Of a DNA stretch of 64,000 nt, positions 9,871-19,864 are shown piece by piece (positions within the stretch are counted from its first letter, which is position 1; each line of letters begins with the position of its first letter). The DNA comes from a virus: IMG/VR virus record IMGVR_UViG_3300020420_000012, positions 17,636-81,635 of that record, one strand, 5' to 3'. A program made the translations under genes and the position numbers. Below the pieces are notes generated by a model, which saw only the letters and a list, made by a program, of their open reading frames with translations, did not search any database and had not been told where the DNA came from.

Positions 9871-10736
9871 TAGTTAGCTCCTGGTCCTAATTTTCGAAAA
9901 GCCTCTTGTGCATAGGCTAATCTTTCATCTGTATGTGCTAAATCTTTGTTTGGTCTTTCATATTTATCTTGAAAAACAACTGTTGCATCTTTAAATGTTT
10001 TTGCTTTTCTTAACTGACCTAGACCTAAGAAAGGTTGAGTTTCAAGTTCAAACTTAACAAATCTTAATTGTGCATCTAAAGATCTATAACTTTTGCCAAT
10101 TTGTGATGCAAAAGATTGTAACTGACCAAATCTATTACCTGCTGCTTCAGCAGGATTCCACTGTGCGATGCCAAATGAATTTTCGTTTTTAAATCCAGAT
10201 CTTGCAGTAGGATTTATGTCTCCCTTGTTTTGAGATGCACCTGATTCTACGCAAAAGTTTCCGATCATTCCGCATGCTTGCTCAGGCGTAAATCCACCAC
10301 CAGCTTCTGATGTGAAAAAATGAAAAGATCTTTCTATATTTGTGTTACCAGTTAAAGAAACATCAACGTTACTGCCTTCATCAACTTCTTCTGTAGTTAA
10401 GTTTTGTTCTGTTTCAATTTTTGGAATAGAACCTAAAACAAGAGGATGTTGACTATCTCTACCGTCTAAAAAAACGCCAAACACTTGAGCTCTAGTTTTA
10501 AGTTGAGAATTAGATCCTAAGCCAGTTACACCAGGCTCTGTATTAGGTATGACTACCTGTGCCCACGGTAAGTCATCATTTGCTATTCTTATCTTTTCTG
10601 CCTTATTTTGAAGTTCTTCATTGCCGGTATGTATTCCATGAATTCTTACTTTTACACGGTCAAGTCTTAGTGGATCATTTATATCAACAACCACACCAAC
10701 AAACCATCTAAAATTATCACCATAGAAATCTTTCAT
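9870..10736 (-). CDS. gp5: gp5 N-terminal OB domain fused to a phage tail lysozyme
   Basis: WFVGVVVDINDPLRLDRVKVRIHGIH...LPWA...VFGVFLDG (gp5 OB fold), then QACGMIGNFCVESG...GIAQWN...YERP (Phage_lysozyme2-type). Confidence 0.85.
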   Translation of the reverse strand: MKDFYGDNFRWFVGVVVDINDPLRLDRVKVRIHGIHTGNEELQNKAEKIRIANDDLPWAQVVIPNTEPGVTGLGSNSQLKTRAQVFGVFLDGRDSQHPLVLGSIPKIETEQNLTTEEVDEGSNVDVSLTGNTNIERSFHFFTSEAGGGFTPEQACGMIGNFCVESGASQNKGDINPTARSGFKNENSFGIAQWNPAEAAGNRFGQLQSFASQIGKSYRSLDAQLRFVKFELETQPFLGLGQLRKAKTFKDATVVFQDKYERPNKDLAHTDERLAYAQEAFRKLGPGAN

Positions 10737-12088
10737 TATGCAAACATCTCCTGTTGCTCTCCTATGCTACCAATTTTTGCACATAATAAAGTTGTATCAA
10801 ATTTTTCAATTCTATAATTATGTCTTGCTTCTACTATAATATAATCACCTGATTTTTTCTCATCAAGTTTTGCAGCATTAGTATCTACTAGTGGATTTGT
10901 GTCTAAAAAATTAATTCTTATAGTTTTACCAATTGAATAATTATTATCAGCAGTTACAAAATCACGCCCTCTAACAGTCATTCTTAAAGGTGTTTTTCCT
11001 AAAAACCCTCTTAAAGATTTTTCAATTACTTTTTTAATGTTTGATCCTTTTGTGCTTTCTTCATGATAACTTTTAAATACTGAATCTTTTGTAGTATATG
11101 CACCACTCGAATTAATAGAAGATATATTTTTAGATTCATATTCTTGAAAAGCTATATCATTAAACCTGTAGTCCGGTGCATAATTATATCTTGTGTTATT
11201 TGCACCTATTGAATTTTGCTGTGCTAATCTTTTAAAAACATTTCTATCAACGTTAAATTTTATTGGATCTTCAAGCGCAGTTAGAGTACTATAAAAATTA
11301 TATTTAGCACCAACTAAGCCTTCTCTTATCAAACCAATTAAATTTTCAGTGTCACTATATTCATAGTCTTGAATAGCATAGTAGCTTTGTATGCTTTTTG
11401 TTGTTACCAAACTCGGAGCATAAAAATATGGTATCTTTTTATTAATAGGTTGTTGACTTAACATCGTACCTAAATCTTTTAAAATTAAATTATCAACACC
11501 GATTGTAGAAAATAAAAAAAATGGAAAGCCTTCTTTAGTAAGTGTTCTTTTGATAAGCCACTGGCATGCCTCTATTGGATGCATATTAGGTATTATGACT
11601 TTCATGTCTTTTAAACTATCATTACCAATTTGTATCAAATCTCTGTTTAAAAACTCAGACATTATTTTAGCTATAATTTCTGAAGGAGCACCTGTATATA
11701 CTCTATTAACGTTTTGTAAAGAAGAAATCAAACCAATAAATTCTGTGCAATGTATTCTGACTACTTCGTCTCTTTCACCAGCTTTGGATATTTCTTTAAT
11801 TGAATCTATTACAAATTCTTTTTTAATTTCTACTCCTTTGTTCATTTCTTCTACGTGGTAAAAACTAAAAGTTAATTTTTCACCGCCTTGTAAATCCATA
11901 TCTTGAACTATATTTTCTTGATCTACAAAAATAATGTTTGCTGTTAAGTATGGATTAACTATGTTTTCGTATATTTCAAAATCAGATATTAAATTTTTTA
12001 TATCTACTGATACTGGAGTTCTATCACTTGATATAACCGCTTCTGTGATTTTTATTTCAATTTGGCTTTCAATAGAAAGTTCTGACAT
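10736..12088 (-). CDS. Baseplate hub protein, gp27-like
   Basis: FEIYENIVNPYLTA...SGDYIIVEARH pattern; lies between gp53 and gp5. Confidence 0.6.
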   Translation of the reverse strand: MSELSIESQIEIKITEAVISSDRTPVSVDIKNLISDFEIYENIVNPYLTANIIFVDQENIVQDMDLQGGEKLTFSFYHVEEMNKGVEIKKEFVIDSIKEISKAGERDEVVRIHCTEFIGLISSLQNVNRVYTGAPSEIIAKIMSEFLNRDLIQIGNDSLKDMKVIIPNMHPIEACQWLIKRTLTKEGFPFFLFSTIGVDNLILKDLGTMLSQQPINKKIPYFYAPSLVTTKSIQSYYAIQDYEYSDTENLIGLIREGLVGAKYNFYSTLTALEDPIKFNVDRNVFKRLAQQNSIGANNTRYNYAPDYRFNDIAFQEYESKNISSINSSGAYTTKDSVFKSYHEESTKGSNIKKVIEKSLRGFLGKTPLRMTVRGRDFVTADNNYSIGKTIRINFLDTNPLVDTNAAKLDEKKSGDYIIVEARHNYRIEKFDTTLLCAKIGSIGEQQEMFA

Positions 12089-12089
12089 T

Positions 12090-12851
12090 TTAAGACCTGA
12101 TGGATTTTTTGAAGCTTGATATTAAATTATTAATTATATTTGGTTTAATAACTTTTATTTGCCTTAAACTTTCATTAGTGGTAAAGTATACATCTTCATG
12201 TGTTTTTTCAGTTATTTGAGCACCTGGCGGTAATAGACCTCCAAAATTTGATGATGTAGCGTCGCTATCAACTCCTAAATCTACAATTTCTCCACTAGCA
12301 TTAACAAAATGACTAGCAGACTGAAATTCTTTAACTGCCGAAAATGTTTGTAATGATTCAACAACACCACTTGAGTTTGTAGATAAAATAACTTCTCCAT
12401 CTTCTTTAAAGTTTGCTATTCCATCTAATATAATTTGACCAAGATCTAAATTTCTTTTTTTGATAACTCCTACAGCGCCTGAAACTGAGCCAGTTACTGT
12501 TTGACCAACTTTAAACTTTGTAGCAAATGGTTGTCTTGTATTTAAAACTTCATTAGGAAATATTTTTCTTATATAGGCGTTAAGTTCTGTGTTTGTTAAT
12601 GGCCAACCTTGTTCTCGAATGTCATCATTCAATAAGTAAAATGTCCAATAATTAAAAGGAGTACCATATAATTGTATAGAAACTTGATCAGGTCTAAATC
12701 CTTCTTGTATTGTATGAAAATTTAAAAATGATATGCCATCTTTCACTTGATCTATGATGTCTGTATATAGTGAAAGATCTTGGAAGACTACTGTATCAAC
12801 TTCATCACCAAACTTATAAAATATCTTATTGAAATCATTGAAATATTGCAT
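12090..12851 (-). CDS. gp53: Baseplate wedge subunit gp53
   Basis: MQYF...RPDQVSIQLYG...YWTFYLLND...WPL...NESLRQIKVIKP. Confidence 0.85.
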   Translation of the reverse strand: MQYFNDFNKIFYKFGDEVDTVVFQDLSLYTDIIDQVKDGISFLNFHTIQEGFRPDQVSIQLYGTPFNYWTFYLLNDDIREQGWPLTNTELNAYIRKIFPNEVLNTRQPFATKFKVGQTVTGSVSGAVGVIKKRNLDLGQIILDGIANFKEDGEVILSTNSSGVVESLQTFSAVKEFQSASHFVNASGEIVDLGVDSDATSSNFGGLLPPGAQITEKTHEDVYFTTNESLRQIKVIKPNIINNLISSFKKSIRS

Positions 12852-14107
12852 TAGAAACCACCTTCTATTACATCTTTTTTTGTTATTGTTTCATGCTCTA
12901 CAAATTGTAAGGAAAGATCAATCTCATTAGGTTGACCGTCGTTTCTAAACCCGCCACCAGTTGGATTTATTGTATGAGAAACATTTCTAAGATATGCAGG
13001 TTTTATTTGTGGTATTTTAGAAGAATCTACACCTTTAAATTGAAACGAAATTTTGAATGCATTTGGAAACTTAAATCCTACTGCCGCTTCTTGGTCGCCG
13101 ACTGTAACTCCAAAAACATCTGGATATAATTCTTTTCTAAAGTGTTTAACAATGTTTTCAACTGCTCTTGCTTCTTCTGCTGAGGTTGCAATAAATTTAA
13201 ATTGAAAACTAAATTCTCTTAAATTAACTCCTCTAAATATTGATCTTGCATTAGGGTTTATTATTATTCTTGCTTGTAAAGAAACTGTATTTTGTATTCC
13301 TCCACCAAGTAATCCACCAAAAAAAGAATTTATTCTTGAAACACTGAATGCCATGGCGTCTCTACCAACTTGAGGATTTGCACTTAGCACATCACTCAAA
13401 GAATTTACACCAGCTTGTAAATTTTGTACAACTGCTCCAGTAACTCCTAATCCAGAATTTAATGCAGCTTCTGCTATAGCGCCTGATGCCCCAAGATTGA
13501 CGTTGTCATATAAAGCATTATCGTTAAATTGAGTTGACATTGGATAATACATCATTACTATAGGCTCGTCTCTTTCTTCTAAGAATCTCATTCCAGATTG
13601 TAAAGTTGTGGTGACACTTTTACCTAATTGTGTTTGAGCTACCGAACCAAAAAGTTGGCTAGCGTTAGAACTTATTTTTTGTCTTAAAGTTTTTCCAACA
13701 TTTACTGTATCGTCAAAATTCGAAATATCAGTAGCATCATTAAAATCTTCTTCATTAGAAAAATCAGTATTTGCAGCTACGGTGTCATCAGCAAAAAACG
13801 GTGTAGCACCTTGTTTTTTTAGATTGTCTTCAATTGTTTTATCCATTTGTTTTTGTGGTTGTTCAGTAGGAGATCCATATCTCATAACTTTAAATCTTAT
13901 AGTTGCAGGATATGCAGGATTGCCAATTACGTCTAACGGATACATCAATGCATCGCTTGATCCTGTTTCTGTTAATGACTGTACTGCGGTAAGGGTTTCA
14001 CCTATTCCGCCTCTGTTAGTAAAACTACTAACTGCTTCACCAACGTTTCCGAACAATGATCTGCTAACTTTTTCGCCTAACGGGCCAACTTTATTTAGTA
14101 TACTCAT
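12851..14107 (-). CDS. gp48: Baseplate tail-tube cap gp48-like
   Basis: INPNARSIFRGVNLREFSFQFKF...EEARAVENIVKHFR...FKFP...LSLQFVE. Confidence 0.8.
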   Translation of the reverse strand: MSILNKVGPLGEKVSRSLFGNVGEAVSSFTNRGGIGETLTAVQSLTETGSSDALMYPLDVIGNPAYPATIRFKVMRYGSPTEQPQKQMDKTIEDNLKKQGATPFFADDTVAANTDFSNEEDFNDATDISNFDDTVNVGKTLRQKISSNASQLFGSVAQTQLGKSVTTTLQSGMRFLEERDEPIVMMYYPMSTQFNDNALYDNVNLGASGAIAEAALNSGLGVTGAVVQNLQAGVNSLSDVLSANPQVGRDAMAFSVSRINSFFGGLLGGGIQNTVSLQARIIINPNARSIFRGVNLREFSFQFKFIATSAEEARAVENIVKHFRKELYPDVFGVTVGDQEAAVGFKFPNAFKISFQFKGVDSSKIPQIKPAYLRNVSHTINPTGGGFRNDGQPNEIDLSLQFVEHETITKKDVIEGGF

Positions 14108-14142
14108 TTTAAACCTATAGATATATTAAAGGATTATTGTTT

Positions 14143-14150
14143 TATTTATA
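14143..14150 (-). promoter_or_regulatory. T4-type late promoter TATAAATA
   Basis: Exact match upstream of the gp48-gp53-hub operon. Confidence 0.7.
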
Positions 14151-14656
14151 TGGTTTATTCAGGTCGTTACATAGTTAAAAACAAAACAAAATATAAAGGT
14201 GACTTTAATAACGTTATTTATAGGTCGCTTTGGGAGCGTGCTGTGTTTGGTTGGTGCGATAATAATCCAAAAATTAAATATTGGAGTTCAGAAGAAGTTA
14301 TAGTTCCATATTATTACGAAGTCGATAAAAAATATCATAAGTACTATGTTGACGTTAAAATAGTTTATGAAGATAAAACACTTATAGTTGAAATTAAACC
14401 TGAAAGAGAGACTGTGCCACCAACAGGTGAAAAAAGAACTAAGAGATACATTGCTGAAGGTTTAAACTATGTGAAGAATATGAACAAATGGGAGGCTGCA
14501 GATAATTATGCAAAAGATAGAGGATGGGAGTTTCACATTTGGACAGAAAAAACGTTACAAGAAATGAAACTTTTGCCGAAGCCTGTACCGGGTAAACTTA
14601 AAAAGTATACACCTCTAAAGCCATTTCGTAAAAGAAAACGTAAGAAAAGGTTATAA
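14150..14656 (+). CDS. gp4: Head completion nuclease gp4
   Basis: YSGRY...KYKGD...YRSLWER...WSSEE...YYVD...EIKP...KWEAA...WTE. Confidence 0.9.
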   Translation: MVYSGRYIVKNKTKYKGDFNNVIYRSLWERAVFGWCDNNPKIKYWSSEEVIVPYYYEVDKKYHKYYVDVKIVYEDKTLIVEIKPERETVPPTGEKRTKRYIAEGLNYVKNMNKWEAADNYAKDRGWEFHIWTEKTLQEMKLLPKPVPGKLKKYTPLKPFRKRKRKKRL

Positions 14657-14659
14657 ATA
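14652..14659 (+). promoter_or_regulatory. T4-type late promoter TATAAATA
   Basis: Exact match just upstream of the gp2 ATG at 14665. Confidence 0.7.
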
Positions 14660-14664
14660 GAAAC

Positions 14665-15255
14665 ATGAGTAACTTATTTCAAAAACTTGAACTTGAAGCT
14701 TTTCGAAAAGGCATTACACCTAGGACAAGAGAATCAAGAGAATGGTTTCGTAAAAAAGTACAACAACTAACTCGAGTCAATCGAGCGCAACTCGTTAGAA
14801 GTGATGAAGTAAAAGAAAGAAGTAGTCATAGATATGGTACAATGGTTATGTTTACTTATGATCCTAAACTAAAAGAAAAGCTACCTTACTATGATACGTT
14901 TCCACTAGTAATACCTGTTGAACCAGCAAAAGGTGGATTTAGAGGATTAAATCTACATTACTTACCACCAGTTTTAAGAGCAAAATTTTTAGATGGTTTA
15001 CTAGAAACAACTAATAATGATAAGTATGATGAAAGTACTCAATTTAAATTAACATACAATTTACTTAAAAGCGCTTCAAGATATAGATACTTTAAGCCTT
15101 GTATTAAACATTATCTTTTAGAACACGTAAGATCAAGATTTGCAGAGGTGAATTCACCAGAATGGGAGATTGCAACTTTCTTACCGATTGCAAGATGGCA
15201 AAAACAAAGTGCAAATAGAGTATATTCTGAATCAAGAAGGATAGCTAATGGCTAG
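14665..15255 (+). CDS. gp2: DNA end protector gp2
   Basis: YDPKLKEKLPYYDTFPL...GLNLHYLPP...KPCIKHYL. Confidence 0.9.
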   Translation: MSNLFQKLELEAFRKGITPRTRESREWFRKKVQQLTRVNRAQLVRSDEVKERSSHRYGTMVMFTYDPKLKEKLPYYDTFPLVIPVEPAKGGFRGLNLHYLPPVLRAKFLDGLLETTNNDKYDESTQFKLTYNLLKSASRYRYFKPCIKHYLLEHVRSRFAEVNSPEWEIATFLPIARWQKQSANRVYSESRRIANG

Positions 15256-15940
15256 TAGTGTAGACGAATTAAAAGCATTGGTTAATACTAAACTTGGATT
15301 TGCAAGAGCAAATCGATTCTTAGTAACTTTACCAACAAATTTTGGTGGTGGAGGAGGGTTGATAGGTGGAGTATTAGGTCTATTAAATCTTGGTGGTGGC
15401 GGTGCATCTGGTAGAGAATTAAATATATTATGCAGCAATGCAACTTTGCCAGCAAAACAGATTCTTACGAATGATAGAAGAATAGGTATGGAGTTTCAAA
15501 AAGTTGCTTATGGATACGCAGTTGATGATGTAAGCATGACTTTTTATTTAATGAACGATTACGGAGTAAAAGAATATTTTGATGCTTGGAGAAATACAAT
15601 AATACCTGAAGAAGGTTTTAATGCGTTTACATCTAAATACAAAGATGAGTATGCCAGAGATGTTACTATACATCAACTCAGACAGCCACTTAAAGGTTTT
15701 AGTAAACAAATAGGACCTATAAGATTTAACGCTGGTATTGGCGGTGGAAGTGTTTATTCGGTTGATTTAATTGATGCGTTTCCAATAGCAACTAGTGCTA
15801 TAGAACTTAACAATGAACTAGATGGTCTAGTTCAATTAACAGTGTCCTTTGCATTTACAAACTGGAGAAGATCGAAAAATGTGCAAGGATTTATTAACAT
15901 GGATATTAATACACCACTTGGTGGAATTGATATATTATAG
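15248..15940 (+). CDS. Tail tube initiator, gp54/gp19-like
   Basis: FARANRFLV...LCSNATLP...MTFYL...AFPIA...LTVSFAF tube-protein fold pattern; synteny after gp2. Confidence 0.7.
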   Translation: MASSVDELKALVNTKLGFARANRFLVTLPTNFGGGGGLIGGVLGLLNLGGGGASGRELNILCSNATLPAKQILTNDRRIGMEFQKVAYGYAVDDVSMTFYLMNDYGVKEYFDAWRNTIIPEEGFNAFTSKYKDEYARDVTIHQLRQPLKGFSKQIGPIRFNAGIGGGSVYSVDLIDAFPIATSAIELNNELDGLVQLTVSFAFTNWRRSKNVQGFINMDINTPLGGIDIL

Positions 15941-15946
15941 GAGTGA

Positions 15947-16666
15947 TTGATGGGTTTACCTAAACTATCAAATGATAAACCAATTTATGAACTAACTGTA
16001 CCATCAACTAATCAATTAGTTAAGTACAGACCATTTTTGGTGAAAGAACAAAAAGCTATGCTTGTGGCATTCGAATCAAAAGACACAAAGCAAATATTAA
16101 ATTCAATACTTCAATGTATTGAAAATTGTGTTGAAGGCATTGACGTCAAAACACTTTCTACTTTTGATGTTGATTATATTTTCACAAAGGTAAGAGCAAA
16201 ATCAGTTGGTGAAACTTCTAAAATTTTGATGGCATGCTCAGCGTGTAACGAAGAAAATGAAGTTAACATAAACTTAGATAACATTAAGTTAACTAATGCA
16301 GAATTAAAAGATAATGTTATTGAATTAAATAATGATATTGCAATTACAATGAAATATCCTACTTATTTCGACATGCTCAAACATGGAAACTTATTCAAAG
16401 AAGATGTTTCTGAAGCAGCAGTTGTTTTTGATAATATGAAAATGTGTATGCATTCAGTACAAACTGAGAATGAAAACGTTTTAATTAAAGATGAAACTGA
16501 TGAAGAGATTGAAACTTTTGTTAATAGTTTAAATAATGTTCAAATGCAAAAGATTATGAATTTTGTTGAAGGATTACCAAATTTAGTTTATGAAGATACT
16601 TTTGAATGCAAAAAATGTAAAAAAGAAAACATAGTTAAATTACAGGGGCTCAATGATTTTTTTTAG
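15947..16666 (+). CDS. gp26: Baseplate hub assembly protein gp26
   Basis: LPK...YELTVPST...YRPFLVKEQK...RAKSVGE...CxxC...CxxC...GLNDFF. Confidence 0.88.
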   Translation: MMGLPKLSNDKPIYELTVPSTNQLVKYRPFLVKEQKAMLVAFESKDTKQILNSILQCIENCVEGIDVKTLSTFDVDYIFTKVRAKSVGETSKILMACSACNEENEVNINLDNIKLTNAELKDNVIELNNDIAITMKYPTYFDMLKHGNLFKEDVSEAAVVFDNMKMCMHSVQTENENVLIKDETDEEIETFVNSLNNVQMQKIMNFVEGLPNLVYEDTFECKKCKKENIVKLQGLNDFF

Positions 16667-16716
16667 TTAACCTCTCTCATGAAACGTTGGAGAACTATTT
16701 CAAGACGAATTTTTTA

Positions 16717-16860
16717 ATGATGCAACATTTCAACTATTCATTATCAGACTTAGAAGGAATGTTACCGTGGGAGAGAGAGGTTTATATAATATTATTAAAC
16801 GAGCACCTAGAGGAAAAACAAAGAGAGCAAAGTGGCAGCAACATTAGCAGATATCAATAA
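16717..16860 (+). CDS. gp51: gp51-like hub assembly protein (possibly reached by a -1 frameshift from gp26)
   Basis: Hand translation: MMQHFNYSLSDLEGMLPWEREVYIILLNEHLEEKQREQ... The MPWERExY-type motif is characteristic. The frame is open back to the T8 run at 16657-16664. Confidence 0.75.
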   Translation: MMQHFNYSLSDLEGMLPWEREVYIILLNEHLEEKQREQSGSNISRYQ

Positions 16861-18625
16861 GACCTTAATAAGTGTAGATGAGAATACTCAGAAAACAAGT
16901 AAAGGTATAAATGGCTTCTTAAATTATCTTAAAAGAAGAGACGCTAAAGAGGATAGAAAAGATCTTGAAGCTTCTCGTGAAGCAAGAAAAGTTAGCACTA
17001 AAGAGACACAACAGTCGTCAAGTGGAACTAGTAGATTTAGTAGATTTAAATTACCAAGTTTTGGTGTGCCTAGTGCAGGAGCACTTGCTGCTGGCGCCCT
17101 TGCTTTCACAAGTCGGCTTTTTAGAAGAGGGCTTGTAGGTGGCTTACTAACTACTTTCGCTGAAGAAATTGCTGACTTTTTTTTACCTGGTCAACCAGGA
17201 GAGAAACAATTAACAAAGGACTTAAGAAAATATTTAGTAGGTGGTTTAGAAGGATTTGGTTTAGGTTATATCTTATTTGGTAAAAAAGGTGGAATACTTG
17301 GTTTTGTACTCGGTGCCTTAACAAAGAACCCAAAAGTAGATAAAGAACTAGGTAGACTAACAGATAATTTAGAAAAGTTAGCTATAGCAATTTTTGGTCC
17401 TGATTATAAAGGTGGATTTGCAAAAATGGCTGAAAGTATTTCTAATACTGCAGGTGACGGTCTTACACGTTTAAATAATCTTGTTGAAGGTAAGAACTTT
17501 AGCACAGAAAATATAAGAGAACTTGGTAAAGATATACTTGGTGCGGCTGGTGTCTTAGGTGCCTTTGGTTTTTTTGTTTCACCTAAGTTTAGAAAAATGT
17601 TACTAAGCGTAAAGACATTGAAAAAATTACCAGTCGTCGCATCAATAATAGCATTGGCAAACTTACTTGGTTATACAGTATCTGACGATGGTAGCGAAGG
17701 ACCTTCATCTACTGAAATTGGTGCTGGTGCTGTAGGTGCCACTTATCTAGCTTATAAAGGAGCCAAGGCATTCAAAAATATGGGTGGTGCAGGTGATCCA
17801 AGAAAGTTAGATCCAGGATATAACGAAAAAATAAGAGCAGCAAATAAACTTTCTCCATCAGCTTTGAATAAAGCCGGTTTAGAAAAAGCTAAAGGTGGTG
17901 GCGTGCAACAAAAAGGTGGTAAGTTTGCTACAAATGCACAACTAGATAAAGCACTAGCAAACAGATATGGTAGAATATTTGGACCTAAAGGAATTGCTCG
18001 TTTTCTTGGAGGAGTGTTTCCGTTAGGTTTACTTGCAGGTGTTCTAACAGCAAGCAGTGTAAAACAAACATTAGCAAATGATAATTTATCTGAAGATGAG
18101 AAGAGAAAAATAATAGGTGAAGAACTTGGTACTTCATTAAATATGTTTGCATTTGGAGCACTAGGAAGTGCTCTTGGTGGTATAGCATTTGGTCCTAAGG
18201 GAGCTACGATCGGTGGAATAGGGCTTGGTGTTTTAGGAGCTTTAGCACCAAATGTCGCAGGCGATTTTTTAGCAAGTTGGTTCTTAGGAAGACCAATGTC
18301 TGAAAGTCAACTAAATCAGATTACAAGTTTAAATAATGTTAGAAAAAAAGCTCAAGGCGGTGGAATGAATCTATTTCAAGATATATCAAGTACAGAGGGG
18401 CTTATGAGTAGGTTACCACCTTCATCTGCTACTACCCTTGGTAGTAATCTTCCGAGTGCAATGACTATGGGTGGAGCAGCGGCGTCTAGTCCTAACACAT
18501 TAATTACTTCACAAAATAATTACTCATCACAACATCAATCTTTGATTGTAGGCCACCCTAACACACGTGATAGAGATAACGCACTTAATCAAAGATTGAA
18601 TATTGGTAATAGTTTTAATTACTAA
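16832..18625 (+). CDS. Probable tail tape-measure protein (gp29-like)
   Basis: 597 aa, Gly/Ala-rich with hydrophobic stretches; follows gp26/gp51; length close to T4 gp29. Confidence 0.6.
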   Translation: MAATLADINKTLISVDENTQKTSKGINGFLNYLKRRDAKEDRKDLEASREARKVSTKETQQSSSGTSRFSRFKLPSFGVPSAGALAAGALAFTSRLFRRGLVGGLLTTFAEEIADFFLPGQPGEKQLTKDLRKYLVGGLEGFGLGYILFGKKGGILGFVLGALTKNPKVDKELGRLTDNLEKLAIAIFGPDYKGGFAKMAESISNTAGDGLTRLNNLVEGKNFSTENIRELGKDILGAAGVLGAFGFFVSPKFRKMLLSVKTLKKLPVVASIIALANLLGYTVSDDGSEGPSSTEIGAGAVGATYLAYKGAKAFKNMGGAGDPRKLDPGYNEKIRAANKLSPSALNKAGLEKAKGGGVQQKGGKFATNAQLDKALANRYGRIFGPKGIARFLGGVFPLGLLAGVLTASSVKQTLANDNLSEDEKRKIIGEELGTSLNMFAFGALGSALGGIAFGPKGATIGGIGLGVLGALAPNVAGDFLASWFLGRPMSESQLNQITSLNNVRKKAQGGGMNLFQDISSTEGLMSRLPPSSATTLGSNLPSAMTMGGAAASSPNTLITSQNNYSSQHQSLIVGHPNTRDRDNALNQRLNIGNSFNY

Positions 18626-19509
18626 GCGTCTTCTTTTGCAAGTTTAGCGAAATAAGACATGGTATCTTCTTCAGAAGTATCAACTTCTTCTGCAGTCACT
18701 GGAGCCACAGATTCAACTGGCTCATTAATCTTATTTTCTTCTTTTATTTGATATGAACCTACGTTCATTTCTTCACCAAGAACTCTCATCATTTTAGCCT
18801 TAAGCTCATCATATGTTTTATAATTCTTAGGATTAGTGAACTCTGTAAGATCGTGTAGTTGGTTATACACGCTTTCTAACTTAGCTTCATTACCATCTTG
18901 AAATACAGCGGCTGATGCAAACTCAGATTTATCGTAGTTTCTATAACCTTCTACGTTTCTAATCTTAAGTTTAAAATCTGCACCTTCCCAGAAATCAAAT
19001 GGATCTACAGGTTGCTCGTCTGCAAATGAAGGATTCATCAAGTCATAAATCTTATCGAAGATTTTTTTACCAAACTTATATAAGAATACTTTACCTTCGT
19101 TTTGAGGAGCTGAAGGATCACTCACTACACATATATTAGTAACATAGTGTAGTCTTCTTTTTTGTGACCTTGCTTTTTCTTTATCAGACTCTATACCTGA
19201 ATTCCAAAGTCTAGAGTTTAACTCACCAACTGGATCAGGTTGACCTATGGAAGTTAGAGAGTTTTCAATATACCACAAACCAGTAGGACCTTTAAAACCA
19301 TGATCCCAATATCTTACGAATGGAATCTCACCGTCTTTACCTGGTAAGAATCTTATTACGGCATAACCGTTACCAGCTTTGTCAACAGTTGGTTTCCAAA
19401 TCCTGTCATCGACGTAGGATTTTGTTTCACCACTTGATGTGGCTTCTGCTGCTTTAATGATTTTATTGATGTTGCTTCCGCGATTGCGTTTTAATGTTTC
19501 AAATGACAT
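18622..19509 (-). CDS. gp32: Single-stranded DNA-binding protein gp32
   Basis: DDRIWKPTVDKAGNGYAVIRFLP...WYIENSLTS...FGKKIFDKI...FDFWEGADFKLK; acidic C-terminal tail. Confidence 0.95.
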   Translation of the reverse strand: MSFETLKRNRGSNINKIIKAAEATSSGETKSYVDDRIWKPTVDKAGNGYAVIRFLPGKDGEIPFVRYWDHGFKGPTGLWYIENSLTSIGQPDPVGELNSRLWNSGIESDKEKARSQKRRLHYVTNICVVSDPSAPQNEGKVFLYKFGKKIFDKIYDLMNPSFADEQPVDPFDFWEGADFKLKIRNVEGYRNYDKSEFASAAVFQDGNEAKLESVYNQLHDLTEFTNPKNYKTYDELKAKMMRVLGEEMNVGSYQIKEENKINEPVESVAPVTAEEVDTSEEDTMSYFAKLAKEDA

Positions 19510-19618
19510 AGTATTGTCTCCTTATTTGCTGAAATATTAACTGAAATATTACTTGTATATATTAGTACTCTCCTAACCATTCACTAGCTTGCAAAGTACC
19601 TATATTATATATACAGCT

Positions 19619-19864
19619 TTACTCAAAAAATGCATCGTCAATAGAATTTTTTTTCGGTAAGAAATTTAAATTCATTGCCTCTGCTTCAATCTTATCTTTA
19701 ATTACAGGTGAAATAAATCTTTTAATATCTTCCACTTCAATCTGATTTTTTTCACACACGTGAATCACAGCATCCATGTAGGGTATCTTTTTTTCAGCTA
19801 CTGCACCTTCGATAAGTTTGGTGAATTTTGTTCTTGTTAGAAATTGTTCTTCAACTTTACTCAT
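19619..19864 (-). CDS. gp33: Late transcription coactivator gp33
   Basis: IPYMDAVIHVCEKNQIE...ISPVIKDKIEAEAMNLNFL. Confidence 0.85.
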   Translation of the reverse strand: MSKVEEQFLTRTKFTKLIEGAVAEKKIPYMDAVIHVCEKNQIEVEDIKRFISPVIKDKIEAEAMNLNFLPKKNSIDDAFFE

